Notes under the pieces: model-generated
Seen by the model: the letters and a program-made list of their open reading frames with translations, nothing else
Told to the model about the DNA's origin: nothing
Database searches by the model: none
From: Balanoglossus misakiensis
Taxonomy: Eukaryota; Animalia; Hemichordata
Length of the DNA stretch: 64,000 bases
Direction of reading: 5' to 3'
Assembly: GCA_040954595.2 (NCBI GenBank)
Contig: CM082576.2
Span: forward strand, 11,225,129-11,289,128
Made by a program: the position numbers and the translations under genes
Shown: piece after piece, positions 26,703 to 40,000 of the stretch
Layout of the letters: each line of letters begins with the position of its first letter
How positions within the stretch are numbered: the first letter of the stretch is position 1

Positions 26703-28150
26703 CTACCTATCCGTGTTATCACGACTGTCTTCAATTTCCATGTCATCATAGTCCGGTTCGCCCTGAGCTGACTTCGCATAAGACACACACTTCACCTGGG
26801 AACTGCTGCCCTCATCACTGGAACCGTCAACCCCGACTGTAGAGGGCTCTTCATCATCAAAGTAGCTTTCCTCTTCGTCGTGCTCCCTGATATCCAGAGA
26901 ATCATACTCCACATTGGTGTCCACACTCTCATAATCAAAGTCCGCGTCCTGACCCTGTAGGAATCGCAGCTGCATATTTCGCATGAATTCGTGCCTTAGC
27001 ATCGACTTTTCCTCATCTGTTGCCGATGTCGGTTGCCGGGTTGGTCCTGTGGCAAAGTCATTGTCATCATCATCATCATCATTACCAGCATCATCCGAAT
27101 CATCATCTGAATCGCTGCCTTCTTTTTTCTTTTTCGTTTCAGTCATTTTTTCATCTTCATCTTCTGGCAAAGAAAAACAACAGAGGAATTTTCACTGCAT
27201 TGAATACTGAATTTTCTACTTGCTCATGTGTATGAGAAATACAACCAATCTGCTCCAGTTTGTTTTTCACCGACTCATTGGTCAACTGGGTAACATTTCC
27301 AAGAGAAGAGGCATATCCAAGCCTATGACACCATCTAAGTAAAGGTGCAGTCACATCTTTTACACCGACAAAGGATGATCTCACCTTCACTTTCACTGTC
27401 TTCCTCTTCTTCCATGGCATCATCTTCTGCTTCCTTCTGTCTCCGCAGACGTTCTTCCACATCTTTCCGGTCCATGAAATCCATCAGAATGGTAGAAAAT
27501 CTTAAATCAGTCTTGTCTATCTCCTTCTGTTTCTGCTGCAACTCCTCTGCAGTCAAGTACTGCCCGACGTACTGCTCGTACATCAACGGGTCCCTCTCCT
27601 GCATTTCGTCCTCGCTGAAGTACTTCCCGTCGTCCAGCAGTTTTTTCATCGCTTCGTACCTCCTGTTCCGCACTCTGGTGGAGTTCTTTTTGCTGTCCAG
27701 CCGCCTCTGGATTTCCTTCAGGTAGAATTCTACCTCGTAGTCGCTCTTCAGGTCGTCAAACAGCTGTATGTCTCGGCTCTCCATGTGCTTGCCGAACCTC
27801 TCCAAGAAAACGGCGGGTTTCCGCCTCAGCAAGTCTCTCACGATGGCCACCTTTTCGCCTTCCGTCAGGTCCGGCTCACCCCGTTGTTGGTTCTTGATTC
27901 TCGCGTCGCTGTTTGCGATGCGTTTTATCATGGCCTCCTCCGGGCTCAGTTTCTCTGTGGTCGGCACTTTCTCTGTTGTGGGTTCAACAGCACTGGCTGC
28001 ATCATTGGCTGTAGATTTTTCCAACGGTGCTTCCTCTAGGGTTAGTCTCTCTGTGGCCAGTTTAACAGCACTGGCCACGTCATCAGTTTCTCTGGATGTG
28101 TCTGTAAACTCACCCCAGTGTACCCTTCCCTCAGCTGGATCACTGGCCAT
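26703..28150 (-). CDS. CCDC97: Coiled-coil domain-containing protein 97 (DUF2052), 2 coding exons, 408 aa
   Basis: Exons 27385-28150 and 26703-27163. Motifs QQRGEPDLT, KPAVFLERFG, RNRRYEAMKKLLDDGKYFSEDEMQERDPLMYEQYVGQYLT, LRHEFMRNMQLRFLQGQDADFDYESVDTNVEYD, DEEESYFDDEEP. Acceptor at 28185-28186 and upstream non-coding exon donor near 28751. Confidence 0.95.
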
Positions 28151-28751
28151 TTTGTTGTTCTTTTTCCTGTTGTGTTTTCTTAACCTGCAGAAATAATTAA
28201 GAAGCATTTCTGAAGGGTTTCTGCAAATGATGCATTTTGATGATGTTTCTTGCATGAAACAGCTACATGTAGCTCGAAAGGTCTTGACCGTGATATCCAA
28301 AGGCCTTGGCGCTGTCATAGTTGAAAGTTTAGTAGTATTCTTTTGCTATAATGTCATTGAAAAAAAAAATTGGTTGTGTCCTCTAATTTTATTGGATGAC
28401 AACCACCTGCCCCAGATTACTCTGTTGTCTTTGGTTCTTGTTGATCACGTTGGTCCATGACAAAATGCAAAGCAAATGTTGATCAGCCTCATTAGGATAA
28501 AGAACATACACCGTAATACATCTTTCTCTATAAGTTCACCCTCAGTGGAACCAATAAGGGTGCCATCTTGAGGTCATTCATTGCTTTTCACACAGTCGCA
28601 GCTAGCACTGCAGTGTCAGCCAGGCCTGGCTCTAGCGCACTGTCAGCAGCGCACGCGAACCCAAACTTTACAAGTAGTAATTCTATTTGGTCAAACACGA
28701 CACAGGTTACATAATGCAGCCACATACAATGATAAATTATACGTTTCTCAC

Positions 28752-28886
28752 CTCTGCAACCGAGTCTGTCAAGTGTCGCATATATGACCCATGACCCAAA
28801 AGGTCAAGGGTTACACTAACTGATATAGTGCTCGATAGAGGGCAGTATAAGTCGATGACATCATCGTCACACAAAATCCAAACAAA
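28752..28886. promoter_or_regulatory. Very compact bidirectional promoter CCDC97/BROX
   Basis: Probable CCDC97 non-coding exon 1 (donor about 28751) lies about 135 bp from the BROX ATG; AAAATGGCG YY1 motif overlaps the BROX start codon. Confidence 0.6.
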
Positions 28887-31800
28887 ATGGCGCATTGGTT
28901 TCACCGAAATCCAATAAAGGCCACTGCAAGGCAGAATTTCAACCTGGGACCCGTTGCTTCTACGGGACCAACCAACAAAATATGCAGGTTAGTTGTCACT
29001 GTTGTTCTCATTCATGGGTGTGTCCTCTACCCTCCGTGTTCCGAGTACTTATTTGTCCCAAGCTAAAGGACAGACCTGTCCATTATCAGCTTTATTCCTC
29101 AACACTACAACATCAACAGCACTAAGGAAAAGTGGCAAGGCAAACATTATAAAGCACAAATTTACTTACATCAACAAAAGCTGTTACTAGGAGAGTAAGC
29201 ATAGTACATATCACACAATTAACTTTTAATATCCACCAAAAAATATAATATACATCACAAGTAACAAGTGTGTAGCAGTGTATTTTTAACCACATCACAA
29301 GGTATGATTCTTCCTACATATTCACTTCACTCTACAAACACAGTGACTTGAGAGAAGCACGCAGCAAGCTGTTGGACAGTGTAAGCAACCCCAACATCGA
29401 ACTCAGTAGTCTCAAGTCGGCTGTGGATACCTACTTTTCCCTGCTGCAAGGTTTCCTGCAAGCCTGCGATGAAAAGGGTGGAGAGAGCAAGATGAGATAC
29501 AGTTTGAATTTCAAGTGGACCAATACATTGAAGGGATATGAACCAAGGTACGACTTTGATCTGTGATAACCACATTGTGAACATGACACAGTACATTCCA
29601 ATCTGCTCAAAAATTGGATGTAGAGTTGACTTGATCTTTACATCTGCTGGTTCTTTACTATTCTGTTCTCCAATGCCCGCCACACTACATCCAAGAACAG
29701 AACAGTACAGAACCAGCTAATGTAAAGATCGAGTCAAGTCTACGTTGGATTTTAATCAGGTTGAGGTACACTCATACTACTGCGTATTTAAAATTCCCTG
29801 ATTCCCAGCTTTAGTTACAGTTTATGAATTACGCCACTAATGAAAAATGTCAGTGCAGTGACTGCTGCTTTATAGGGAAACACTGTCTCATTTTCCCTTG
29901 CTTAAGTAACTTAAGTACAATGTACCATGTTCTTTTTATGATTTCACAGCGCCCAACAAGATGTGGTCTTTGAGATGTGCCATATGTTAATCAATGTGGG
30001 ACTGTGGTACACCAAACATGCAGCAATGATAGCTGGTGGCAAAGAAGAGTAAGTTGCTGACTTGTGAACCTTAACCCTTCACCCCATGTTTTTTATGTCG
30101 AGGTCAATGTGTGCCAATAAAATTGCCCTGGTCTGTTGGCTGTTGATAGGGATGACATCTCACCCTTCTACCAGTCATCTTGCAATCTTAAAAATGACAT
30201 TTGTTCTTTCCCAGACTTCTAAACCTACACATCTAATACATCATGATTACTGTACGTCTTCTGTTTGGTTTTCCACAAGACTATTCCTGCCCAATCTCCC
30301 TTGGTCTTACAGTGCTGGTCACATTGACTTGGAATGGTAACTTTAATGCGTGTGTGTGTCTTACTTTCAGAGTTTCCATGGATGAAGCCAAAGAAGTACA
30401 TTCATGTTTGAGAACTGCTGCCGGTGTTTTCAGCTTTGTTAAGGTAAAAAGTCAAAGCCTTCATGTGGTGAATGCTCCAAATTAGAAAATAAAGGACGAG
30501 CACCGCATAGACAATGTCGACAGGAATGCACAGCTTGATCATGTGTCGTTATCACAAACAACCATGTTACCAGTATATTACATAAACTTCCTGTTTTTTA
30601 ATTTTTAGGAGAGTTTAGCGGGTAGATTGCTGAATACACCGGAGAAGGGTGAAGATTTAGACAGTCGGATATTGGTAGCTTACTTAGAGCAGTGTAAAGC
30701 AGAAGCTCAAGAAGGTAATGATAAAAAAAGCGAACATTGTACTTCAGACTGAAGTTCCCAGACGTGAGCATATCCATTGAAGCCAAGCATTTTTGGTGGT
30801 TGCAACTGGACTAAAGAGAGTAAAGAAGTCAAACAATTCCATTGGTTACTGACTTCACATTGAAAAAGAATATACTGGTGTTGTCTTGTGTATTGTGTGA
30901 AAATCAGATTTTCTCATCACTGATAAAAGACTGTTATTTTGCCTGAGCAAATTTACTAATCCGTCTTTCTATTCCAATTTGCAGTAACTGTTGCCAGGGC
31001 GATAGAACTGAAGCACAGCTCTAGCCTAATATCGAGTCTAGCCTACGAGACTGCAAAGATTTTCAGAAATGCAGACAGTTCCCTGACAGCGTTGGAGGTG
31101 TCGGTGGTTGGAAAGTGGAGAAAATATTTACAACTGAAATACCTATTTTACATGGCATACGTATGTATAGTCAAACTTGTCTCCATTTGCTGTGAAACTC
31201 AAAGATCTTGTGATCTCTCTGCAGAAGAACAAGTCCAAATCATGTCAATGTCCTAAAAATTTATATGAGATATATTTCTATTTTCACTGAAATTACGTGG
31301 TATCTTTGGAACAAATTCTGGGTTTAGGAACATGAGAATAGTATCTCTAACCCCACTTTGTTTTCCAGATTTCCGAATGTAGGATCAGTATATTGGATAG
31401 CAACATTTGCTCTTATATGTGTGAATGTTACACAGTCATTCAGAGTTGCTACTATGTGCTATCGCATCAGACTATATTGTGCTTGTCATTTGCAGGCACA
31501 TTGTTTTAATGGAGTTACTCTACTCGACAAAGATAAATGTGGAGAGTCTATCAAATCACTGCAGGAGAGTGAGAAGTGTAAGTTGTAACTGGACAAATTT
31601 GTGTACAATGCTTTATTTGCATTTTACATGGATATACATGTATCATAGGAAATTTACATAAACAATAATAGTAATAATGGAAAAAATATGACTTTTGTAT
31701 GAAAGTGCTCATGATGACTTCTCATGAAAAAAATTCAAAACATTTGGATTGTGGGGTTTTTATTTTTAACTAGAAGTGTGAGGAAACTGCCTGCTGTATT

Positions 31801-32735
31801 CTGTGTGAATAAATGGATTTATAGCTCTTCATACAAAGTTCAACTTTTCAGTCAACTCTTCACCATGCAGTCCATTCAAATGAAATACACCTCCCTTTCA
31901 GTCGCTGTAACCTGTGTACTGTTACAATGACAAATGTTTATTTTTTTCAATTTTACAAAAAATCAGTTTATGAGAAGTCAAGTGCCATGTGCAAGGATTA
32001 TGTGTCGACCAAAGGTCCCGGTTCCACAGCCAAACCTGCTGAGCATCTCTTCTTTAGAAGATTAGGTCCACTCATAAAGAGAACATCAGAAAAAAGCACA
32101 AGAGAAAATGGATTCATGTAAGTTGCTTCTTTATGTTGAAGCTTGATGATCTTTCAATTAGTGAAATTTTAGGCATGATAGTTTACACAAAGTGTATTGG
32201 TCTTGTAGTCGTCACTTTACTTTTTTTTCTATATATAAGACTAAGAGTATAGATGTTGTGAATTATCAATACATTTTCATTTATCAGTTATTTCCAGAAG
32301 GTTCCCGAACAGGTACCAGAACTAGAGGAGAAGGCAGCCTATGGCCTAGCCAACCCAGACGATTATGAAATGCCAAATATAGCGCCCTCCTGGACATCAG
32401 ATATCTACAAAGGTTTTGATCTTAGCAAAGCCCCACAAGATGATCAAAAGGTTAGTCTTGAATGAAGTATTACTTCTTTGAAGTGTGATCCCATGCTTTC
32501 CTGTATAGAAGGGAGCCTGTGTGTATGTTCACTGCATATTTAAATAGGAATGTGCGAAAATAGCCACTGCAGTACCGTCTTATCCAAGTGTGTTGCACAG
32601 GAGGCTGTTGTATGTAAATTCTTCAATTTTTTTCAGGATAAAAAGAAAGAAGAAGAAATCAAACCAATCAAAGAGGCTGACATCGCGCAGACCGGTAAAG
32701 ATCCCAAGAATTCCAGCGGATGTATTGTGTCTTAG
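28887..32735 (+). CDS. BROX: BRO1 domain and CAAX motif containing protein (ESCRT-associated), 10 exons, 417 aa
   Basis: Exons 28887-28987, 29344-29547, 29950-30048, 30371-30443, 30609-30714, 30985-31160, 31496-31577, 31967-32117, 32288-32450, 32637-32735: [14 protein letters not shown]...YFSLLQGF...[18 protein letters not shown]...[19 protein letters not shown]...RENGFIYFQKVP..., ending in the CaaX motif CIVS*. Confidence 0.97.
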
Positions 32736-35510
32736 TTCGATGATTATCAGCCTGTCTTTGCCCTTATCATCTAGATCTGGTATTTGCATGATGATGCTTG
32801 AAAAAACCCGGTAAAATCCTAGCAAATGATGAAGTCTCGGTAGGCATTGGTAAACGTTACCACATGTTAGGTCTAAAAGTCATTTCATCGTTAACACAAA
32901 AATAGGACCTCACATTGTACAACTAGTGGACTTCACTTTGTCAATTATTTTCAGGAAATTTCTCATTTGTCTGCAGTATGTCAAAATTACATATCCTCAA
33001 TGGCCGTTAAATCCAAAATAATATTGCAATGTACCCCCAAAACAAATTTATTTCATCAGTACGAATCACTGTTGCCTTCCATAAAGTAGGTTTACATATT
33101 TTAGTACTTGTAGTTCAACATAGTTGTTGAAAAGTTGAAAAAAATGTAGTTCTCTGGTTTTATTGTTATTGCAAGAAAATAAAACATATGGCAGGAAAAT
33201 TAGGCATATTCAGATACAAGTGAGAAGTTTGTGTTTCATGTTTACAAAAAAAGTCATTTGCAAAAGTTGTTACGAAGACTCATTTAGAGGTGGCACATTA
33301 CTTTTATGTGGTAGAATTTCCGATTTTTCACAGTTTACAGGAAAATTTACAGGATTATCTGATAATATACCAATCTCAATATTTACGATACAGTCTTCAT
33401 GTAAATATTGTTACATTCAAAGTAGTGTATCCTTTCACCACTTTACTAAAAGGGTTGGCAACAACACCGTGATTGCTCAATCATGTATCTCAATTATTTG
33501 TCAAATTGCATGTTATGTATCGTCTTTAGTGAAGAGCATTGTCTTTTATATATTATATAACTTTTGTAGAGAAAAATAACATGGCAGTTAAAAACTGTCA
33601 GTCAAGTATAGTGGTATTCCAGTAATGAAAATGTCAATATATGGTACATAGAATGAAGGGGTTGTATTTATATGTGATGATTGTTGGAAAGGTTTTTCAA
33701 ATATTTGTCACCTTTTTTCGTTAAAAAATATAACAAGTTTAGAGAGTGTAATACGTATTTGGCAAAGAAACATTCAAAAACTCCCTCATGGTTTCCATTT
33801 ATCATTCTATTTACCAATGTACATTGTTGTCTAATTTGAGGCAACAGGCAATCAAATGTATTTATTTCACAGATTTCATGCAAAGATGACCTCCATTTGG
33901 GAAGATTTGTGAAGTCCTTTCATCCAAACCCTTTAAGGCAATTACAAATTTGCAGGAACCTTGAAGAAAGTTCTTCAAATTGAAACTTCGGTATTCTATT
34001 TCATTTGCAGGTCATTTTCGCATCCACAAGACTAGCAGTGTCAAGTTATGTCTTGTCTAATTTTATTTAAGCAGATCACGTTTTATTGACCTACACTAAA
34101 ATGTTAGGGCTACAATTTCCACATATTCTGTAGCTTACTGTGTCCTTTTGTTGATCCAAACCATGTTAATTTTTTTAATTTCAAATGTATGTTATTTCTC
34201 GCTAAAAATGTATTATCAATACTTTTTTAATGGTGAAGAGTCAGGAGTTAATTTTTAGATTCAAATTTTTATCACTAAAGATTTTGAGTCTGCGTATTTT
34301 ATATCTTCTGTCTGCCATCATGTTGATTCGTATCACACTTGATAGGCTTGTACAAAACCAGCTTTTATGTTATAAGCTGTGCAATGCGATATTAATAAAA
34401 TTAATCTTCAGCAAATGTTCATTCTGTGGACAATTATAAAGCCAAGTCTGTGACCCTTTCATACAGAGACTACTCAGATTGTCCGGATCTTTGCAATTTT
34501 GTGAAGAAAATAGTTCAATAGGTATGTTTTCCAATGTTTTTCCCTTCTTTGCTTTGTGATATATTTTCTACACTACAGTAGATAATTTATAAAGTGATCA
34601 GACAACCCTTCAGTATAGTCTTGACAAAGTTGAGAGGTCTGGGTCAAAGTTTACTTCATGTTGACCTTGTAGAGGGCGCAATTTCCGTCAAGAAATAGTG
34701 CAAGTTGCAAACTACACATCCTAGCAACAGACTTGGGCATGCCTATAGGTTGTAAATTTAATCTGTAAATCACGTACTCATTACCCTGAACCTGACAACT
34801 TGGAGTCTTTGAAGCACATCTTCCAAAGGCATTCAAACAACTGCAACTGAGCTGTGATCAGTATGATTTGCGGGGTTCATTTCAATGACATTCTTGAAGT
34901 AGTCGGGCAACATGTTATTCACTTTCAACATTTTGGACAACACATTTGTGTTCTTAATTTTCACACAAAAGGCGATTGTTCAGCCTATTCACACATAGCA
35001 TTGTGTCTGCTTACACATACAAACAATTTGGTTGTAGATGTGTATAAGCTAGACTAGAGTCATCACAACAAAATCACTTGCATTAATAAGAAAATGTTTT
35101 ATTCTACAAATGAAAACCCTCTAGACTACACTACAAACATATGTATACATGCCACAATATGAATATCTCCAGATCATAAAACAAACAAGCACATTTACAA
35201 AATATATGCAAAATCCAACGACCCAATCTTGGATCGAGTCAGCTGGTTTCTTTAAAAAGAAACTTTCTAATATGGTGATATGATATTAAGCCTTTGTATA
35301 AATACATAAAAAGAAGTTTTTTTCTCTCATTAGACACGATTGACAGTCTGAAGTGATGTGTATTGTCCATATATTCTGAGTGCTTTGGCTGTGAGAGATT
35401 CCAACAAACATACGGTTCAGGCATCTCTCTTGCCACAACATCAACTAGACAAGGAGAACAGGATTGGAGATGTGATGGTCCTCAATATATTTTCCAGGTG
35501 TTCAATGTAC

Positions 35511-36776
35511 TTAATTCTTGCCCTCAAACTGGTCTTTGTTTTTCAAAAGGTATGCAGCCAAGAATTCTATTGGATTTGGAGGTCTGAAAGATAAAAAAAA
35601 AAATCCATTCAATTGTATTCCATTATAAGTGATAATTACACAATAATGATACACCAGTCCATATCAGAAACAATGTCAACACACAGGGAGGAATACATGG
35701 AAACCAGGAACCTATTGATGATGATACTTGTCCCACTCCATAGATTATTCTCTTACCTTTCTTTTGCTAGTGTTGACATTGCTTGTAATAAAATTGGTAC
35801 TACAGTTTGATCTAGGTAGGCCCTTGTCGGTAAAGACTGGAGGTCGACTTTAGGTCTTGCTGTTTTCTCTGCTTCTGTTTTCTCATTTGCGATGATTTTC
35901 TGCACATTATCTGTTAGGCCATGCTCTGCGTGGGGATTCTCTGGTTTTTGCTGCAATAACACAATAGTCTGTTAGTTGCAAGTCAAGTGATCAACTGAAG
36001 GTAATTACTGTCCGTGACATAAAGGTAATAAGACACAAGAAAGGCCTTCTGGATCTCACCTCAACTGCCTCTGGTGGTGCTGATAAGTTGGATTCACTTG
36101 GAGGGGCAGCTGGCTGTTCTGTCACTGAAACACAATCAAATTATCTTCAGAATTAAATCACAATGTAGTGAGTCAATAAGAAGTAATTATGCTTTCCCAC
36201 CTTACAAATCCTAGCTGACCTGAAAGATGACTATTGTGACACAATTGCACACGATAATTCAAGATTTGTCTAGACTTTCAGGTGATTTTGTGCAGGCGAT
36301 CTGGGTACTGTACTAAGGATGGACTGTCTCTACCATGACTACACAATATTTGATTGAAGAATGTATAGTACTGAATTGACAACGAAATTTGACAGATTCG
36401 AACAAATGAAACGCTGCAAAGGGTAAGTAGCGATTTTATTTCACGGCGAGGAGGAAGGAAAACTGGCATAAACAACGAGTTCGCGAAAGCATTTGTGCAC
36501 CTCGTACATGCATGTGCATTCATATTGTACACAAGTAAGTTACAATCCAGCAATGTACACATAGTAAGCTTCATATCGTGATTACAGAATCACACGTTAC
36601 GGTTCAGTAAACGGTCTTATTTGCGGTGTAGATATTGAAATTTCACGCGGTCCGTTTTTTAAGAACAAGTTTTAAAATCATGAAAACAAATTTCTGAATG
36701 GTGTTGTCGGTTAAAACGTCAATTTTCAGTCATTATTTGAGGAATGCATATATTTCCGTGTCTTACCTTCCGCCAT
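35511..36776 (-). CDS. DPY30: Protein dpy-30 homolog (COMPASS/MLL H3K4 methyltransferase subunit), 4 exons, 113 aa
   Basis: Exons 36767-36776, 36060-36124, 35757-35950, 35511-35583: [17 protein letters not shown]...[52 protein letters not shown]. Minus-strand AATAAA at about 35098. Confidence 0.97.
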
Positions 36777-36900
36777 GTTGTTGTCAACGTAAGTCACGTG
36801 AGTGGAAACGGCCAATAGACATACTCGTGTGAAGTCTCGCCGTTCACGTGATTCACAATCTGGCGCGGCGAGCGCGGGCCAGACATTGACACTGATTGAG
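36777..36900 (-). promoter_or_regulatory. DPY30 promoter
   Basis: CpG-rich; two TCACGTGA E-boxes (36794, 36845), CCAAT (36812), GGCGCGGCGAGCGCGGG GC-rich element (36862). Confidence 0.65.
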
Positions 36901-37090
36901 AAAATAAAACTTACATGTTTGTGCGTGTTTTTGAAATGGTAGTGTCATGTTTATCTGTATTCCGGATGGGGAACTACGGAAAACAAACATTACAGAAATG
37001 AACACACAGCTACGCTTGAAAAATAAACTGTACATGTATGACATGACATGGTACAGATTCTGTTGTTTTCCATTTTTATTGTACTAAGAG

Positions 37091-40000
37091 ACATCCAAAA
37101 ATGACAATTTTTCGACTTCGCGAAATTTCAAAATTTGGTCATTTTTTGATAAAAACCATGGGTTATAGCTCATGAAAATCATCCAGAAATGTCAATTTTT
37201 CGACTTCGCGAAATTTCAAAATTTGGTCATTTTTTGATAAAAACCATGGGTTATAGCTCATGAAAATCATCCAGAAATGTCAATTTTTCGACTTCGCGAA
37301 ATTTCAAAATTTGGTGATTTCTTGATAAAAACCATGGGTTATAGCTCATGAAAATCATCCAGAAATGTCAATTTTTCGACTTCGCGAAATTTCAAAATTT
37401 GGTCATTTCTTGATAAAAACCATGGGTTATAGCTCATGAAAATGATCCAGAAATGTCAATTTTTCGTTTTCGCGAAAGTTCAAAATTTGGTCATTTCTTA
37501 ATAAAAACCATGGGTTATAGCTCATGAAAATCATCCAGAAATGTCAATTTTTCGTTTTCGCGAAATTTCAAAATTTGGCCATTTCTTGATAAAAACCATG
37601 GGTTATAGCTCATGAAAATCATCCAGAAATGTCAATTTTTCGACTTCGCGAAATTTCAAAATTTGGTCATTTCTTGATAAAAACCATGGGTTATAGCTCA
37701 TGAAAATCATCCAGAAATGTCAATTTTTCGACTTCGCGAAATTTCAAAATTTGGTCATTTCTTGATAAAAACCATGGGTTATAGCTCATGAAAATCATCT
37801 AGAAATGTCAATTTTTCGTTTTCGCGAAATTTCAAAATTTGGTCATTTTTTGATAAAAACTATGGGTTATAGCTCATGAAAATCATATAGAAATGTCAAT
37901 TTTTCGTTTTCGCGAAATTTCAAAATTTGGTCATTTCTTGATAAAAACCATGGGTTATAGCTCATGAAAATCATCCAGAAATGTCAATTTTTCGACTTCG
38001 CGAAATTTCAAAATTTGGTCATTTTTTGATAAAAACCATGGGTTATAGCTCATGAAAATCATCCAGAAATGTCAATTTTTCGACTTCGCGAAATTTGAAA
38101 ATTTGGTCATTTTTTGATAAAAACCATGGATTATAGCTCATGAAAATCATCCAGAAATGTCAATTTTTCGACTTCGCGAAATTTCAAAATTTGGTCTTTT
38201 TGTGATAAAAACCATGGGTTATAGCTCATGAAAATCATCCAGAAATGTAAATTTTTCGACTTCGCGAAATTTGAAAATTTGGTCATTTCTTGATAAAAAC
38301 CATGGGTTATAGCTCATGAAAATCATCCAGAAATGTCAATTTTTCGACTTCGCGAAATTTGAAAATTTTGTCATTTTTTGATAAAAACCATGGGTTATAA
38401 ACTCATGAAAATCATCCAGAAATGACAATTTTTCGACTTCGCGAAAGTTCAAAATTTGGTCATTTTTTGATAAAAACCATGGGTTATAGCTCATGAAAAT
38501 CATCCAGAAATGTCAATTTTTCGACTTCGCGAAATTTCAAAATTTTGTCATTTTTTGATAAAAAGCATGGGTTATAGCTCATGAAAATCATCCAGAAATG
38601 TCAATTTTTCGACTTCGCGAAATTTCAAAATTTGGTCATTTCTTGATAAAAACCATGGGTTATAGCTCATGAAAATCATCCAGAAATGTCAATTTTTCGT
38701 TTTCGCGAAAGTTCAAAATTTGGTCATTTCTTAATAAAAACCATGGGTTATAGCTCATGAAAATCATCCAGAAATGTCAATTTTTCGTTTTCGCGAAATT
38801 TCAAAATTTGGCCATTTCTTGATAAAAACCATGGGTTATAGCTCATGAAAATCATCCAGAAATGTCAATTTTTCGACTTCGCGAAATTTCAAAATTTGGT
38901 CATTTCTTGATAAAAACCATGGGTTATAGCTCATGAAAATCATCCAGAAATGTCAATTTTTCGACTTCGCGAAATTTCAAAATTTGGTCATTTCTTGATA
39001 AAAACCATGGGTTATAGCTCATGAAAATCATCTAGAAATGTCAATTTTTCGTTTTCGCGAAATTTCAAAATTTGGTCATTTTTTGATAAAAACTATGGGT
39101 TATAGCTCATGAAAATCATATAGAAATGTCAATTTTTCGTTTTCGCGAAATTTCAAAATTTGGTCATTTCTTGATAAAAACCATGGGTTATAGCTCATGA
39201 AAATCATCCAGAAATGTCAATTTTTCGACTTCGCGAAATTTCAAAATTTGGTCATTTTTTGATAAAAACCATGGGTTATAGCTCATGAAAATCATCCAGA
39301 AATGTCAATTTTTCGACTTCGCGAAATTTGAAAATTTGGTCATTTTTTGATAAAAACCATGGATTATAGCTCATGAAAATCATCCAGAAATGTCAATTTT
39401 TCGACTTCGCGAAATTTCAAAATTTGGTCATTTCTTGATAAAAACCATGGGTTATAGCTCATGAAAATCATCCAGAAATGTCAATTTTTCGACTTCGCGA
39501 AATTTCAAAATTTGGTCATTTCTTGATAAAAACCATGGGTTATAGCTCATGAAAATCATCCAGAAATGTCAATTTTTCGTTTTCGCGAAATTTCAAAATT
39601 TGGTCTTTTTGTGATAAAAACCATGGGTTATAGCTCATGAAAATCATCCAGAAATGTAATTTTTTCGACTTCGCGAAATTTGAAAATTTGGTCATTTCTT
39701 GATAAAAACCATGGGTTATAGCTCATGAAAATCATCCAGAAATGTCAATTTTTCGACTTCGCGAAATTTGAAAATTTTGTCATTTTTTGATAAAAACCAT
39801 GGGTTATAAACTCATGAAAATCATCCAGAAATGACAATTTTTCGACTTCGCGAAAGTTCAAAATTTGGTCATTTTTTGATAAAAACCATGGGTTATAGCT
39901 CATGAAAATCATCCAGAAATGTCAATTTTTCGACTTCGCGAAATTTCAAAATTTTGTCATTTTTTGATAAAAAGCATGGGTTATAGCTCATGAAAATCAT

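Noticed and set aside
26983-28196. Ser-rich plus-strand ORFs over CCDC97 (and likewise 47820-49270 over SYMPK)
   Set aside because: Antisense shadows of acidic, codon-biased exons.
28151-28318. N-terminal extension of CCDC97 in the 327-aa ORF
   Set aside because: A splice acceptor at 28185-28186 and an AAAATGG start context at 28150 indicate intron and UTR sequence upstream.
37195-37215. CENP-B box in the monomer
   Set aside because: TTCG is present but the A..CGGG part of TTCGnnnnAnnCGGG is not.
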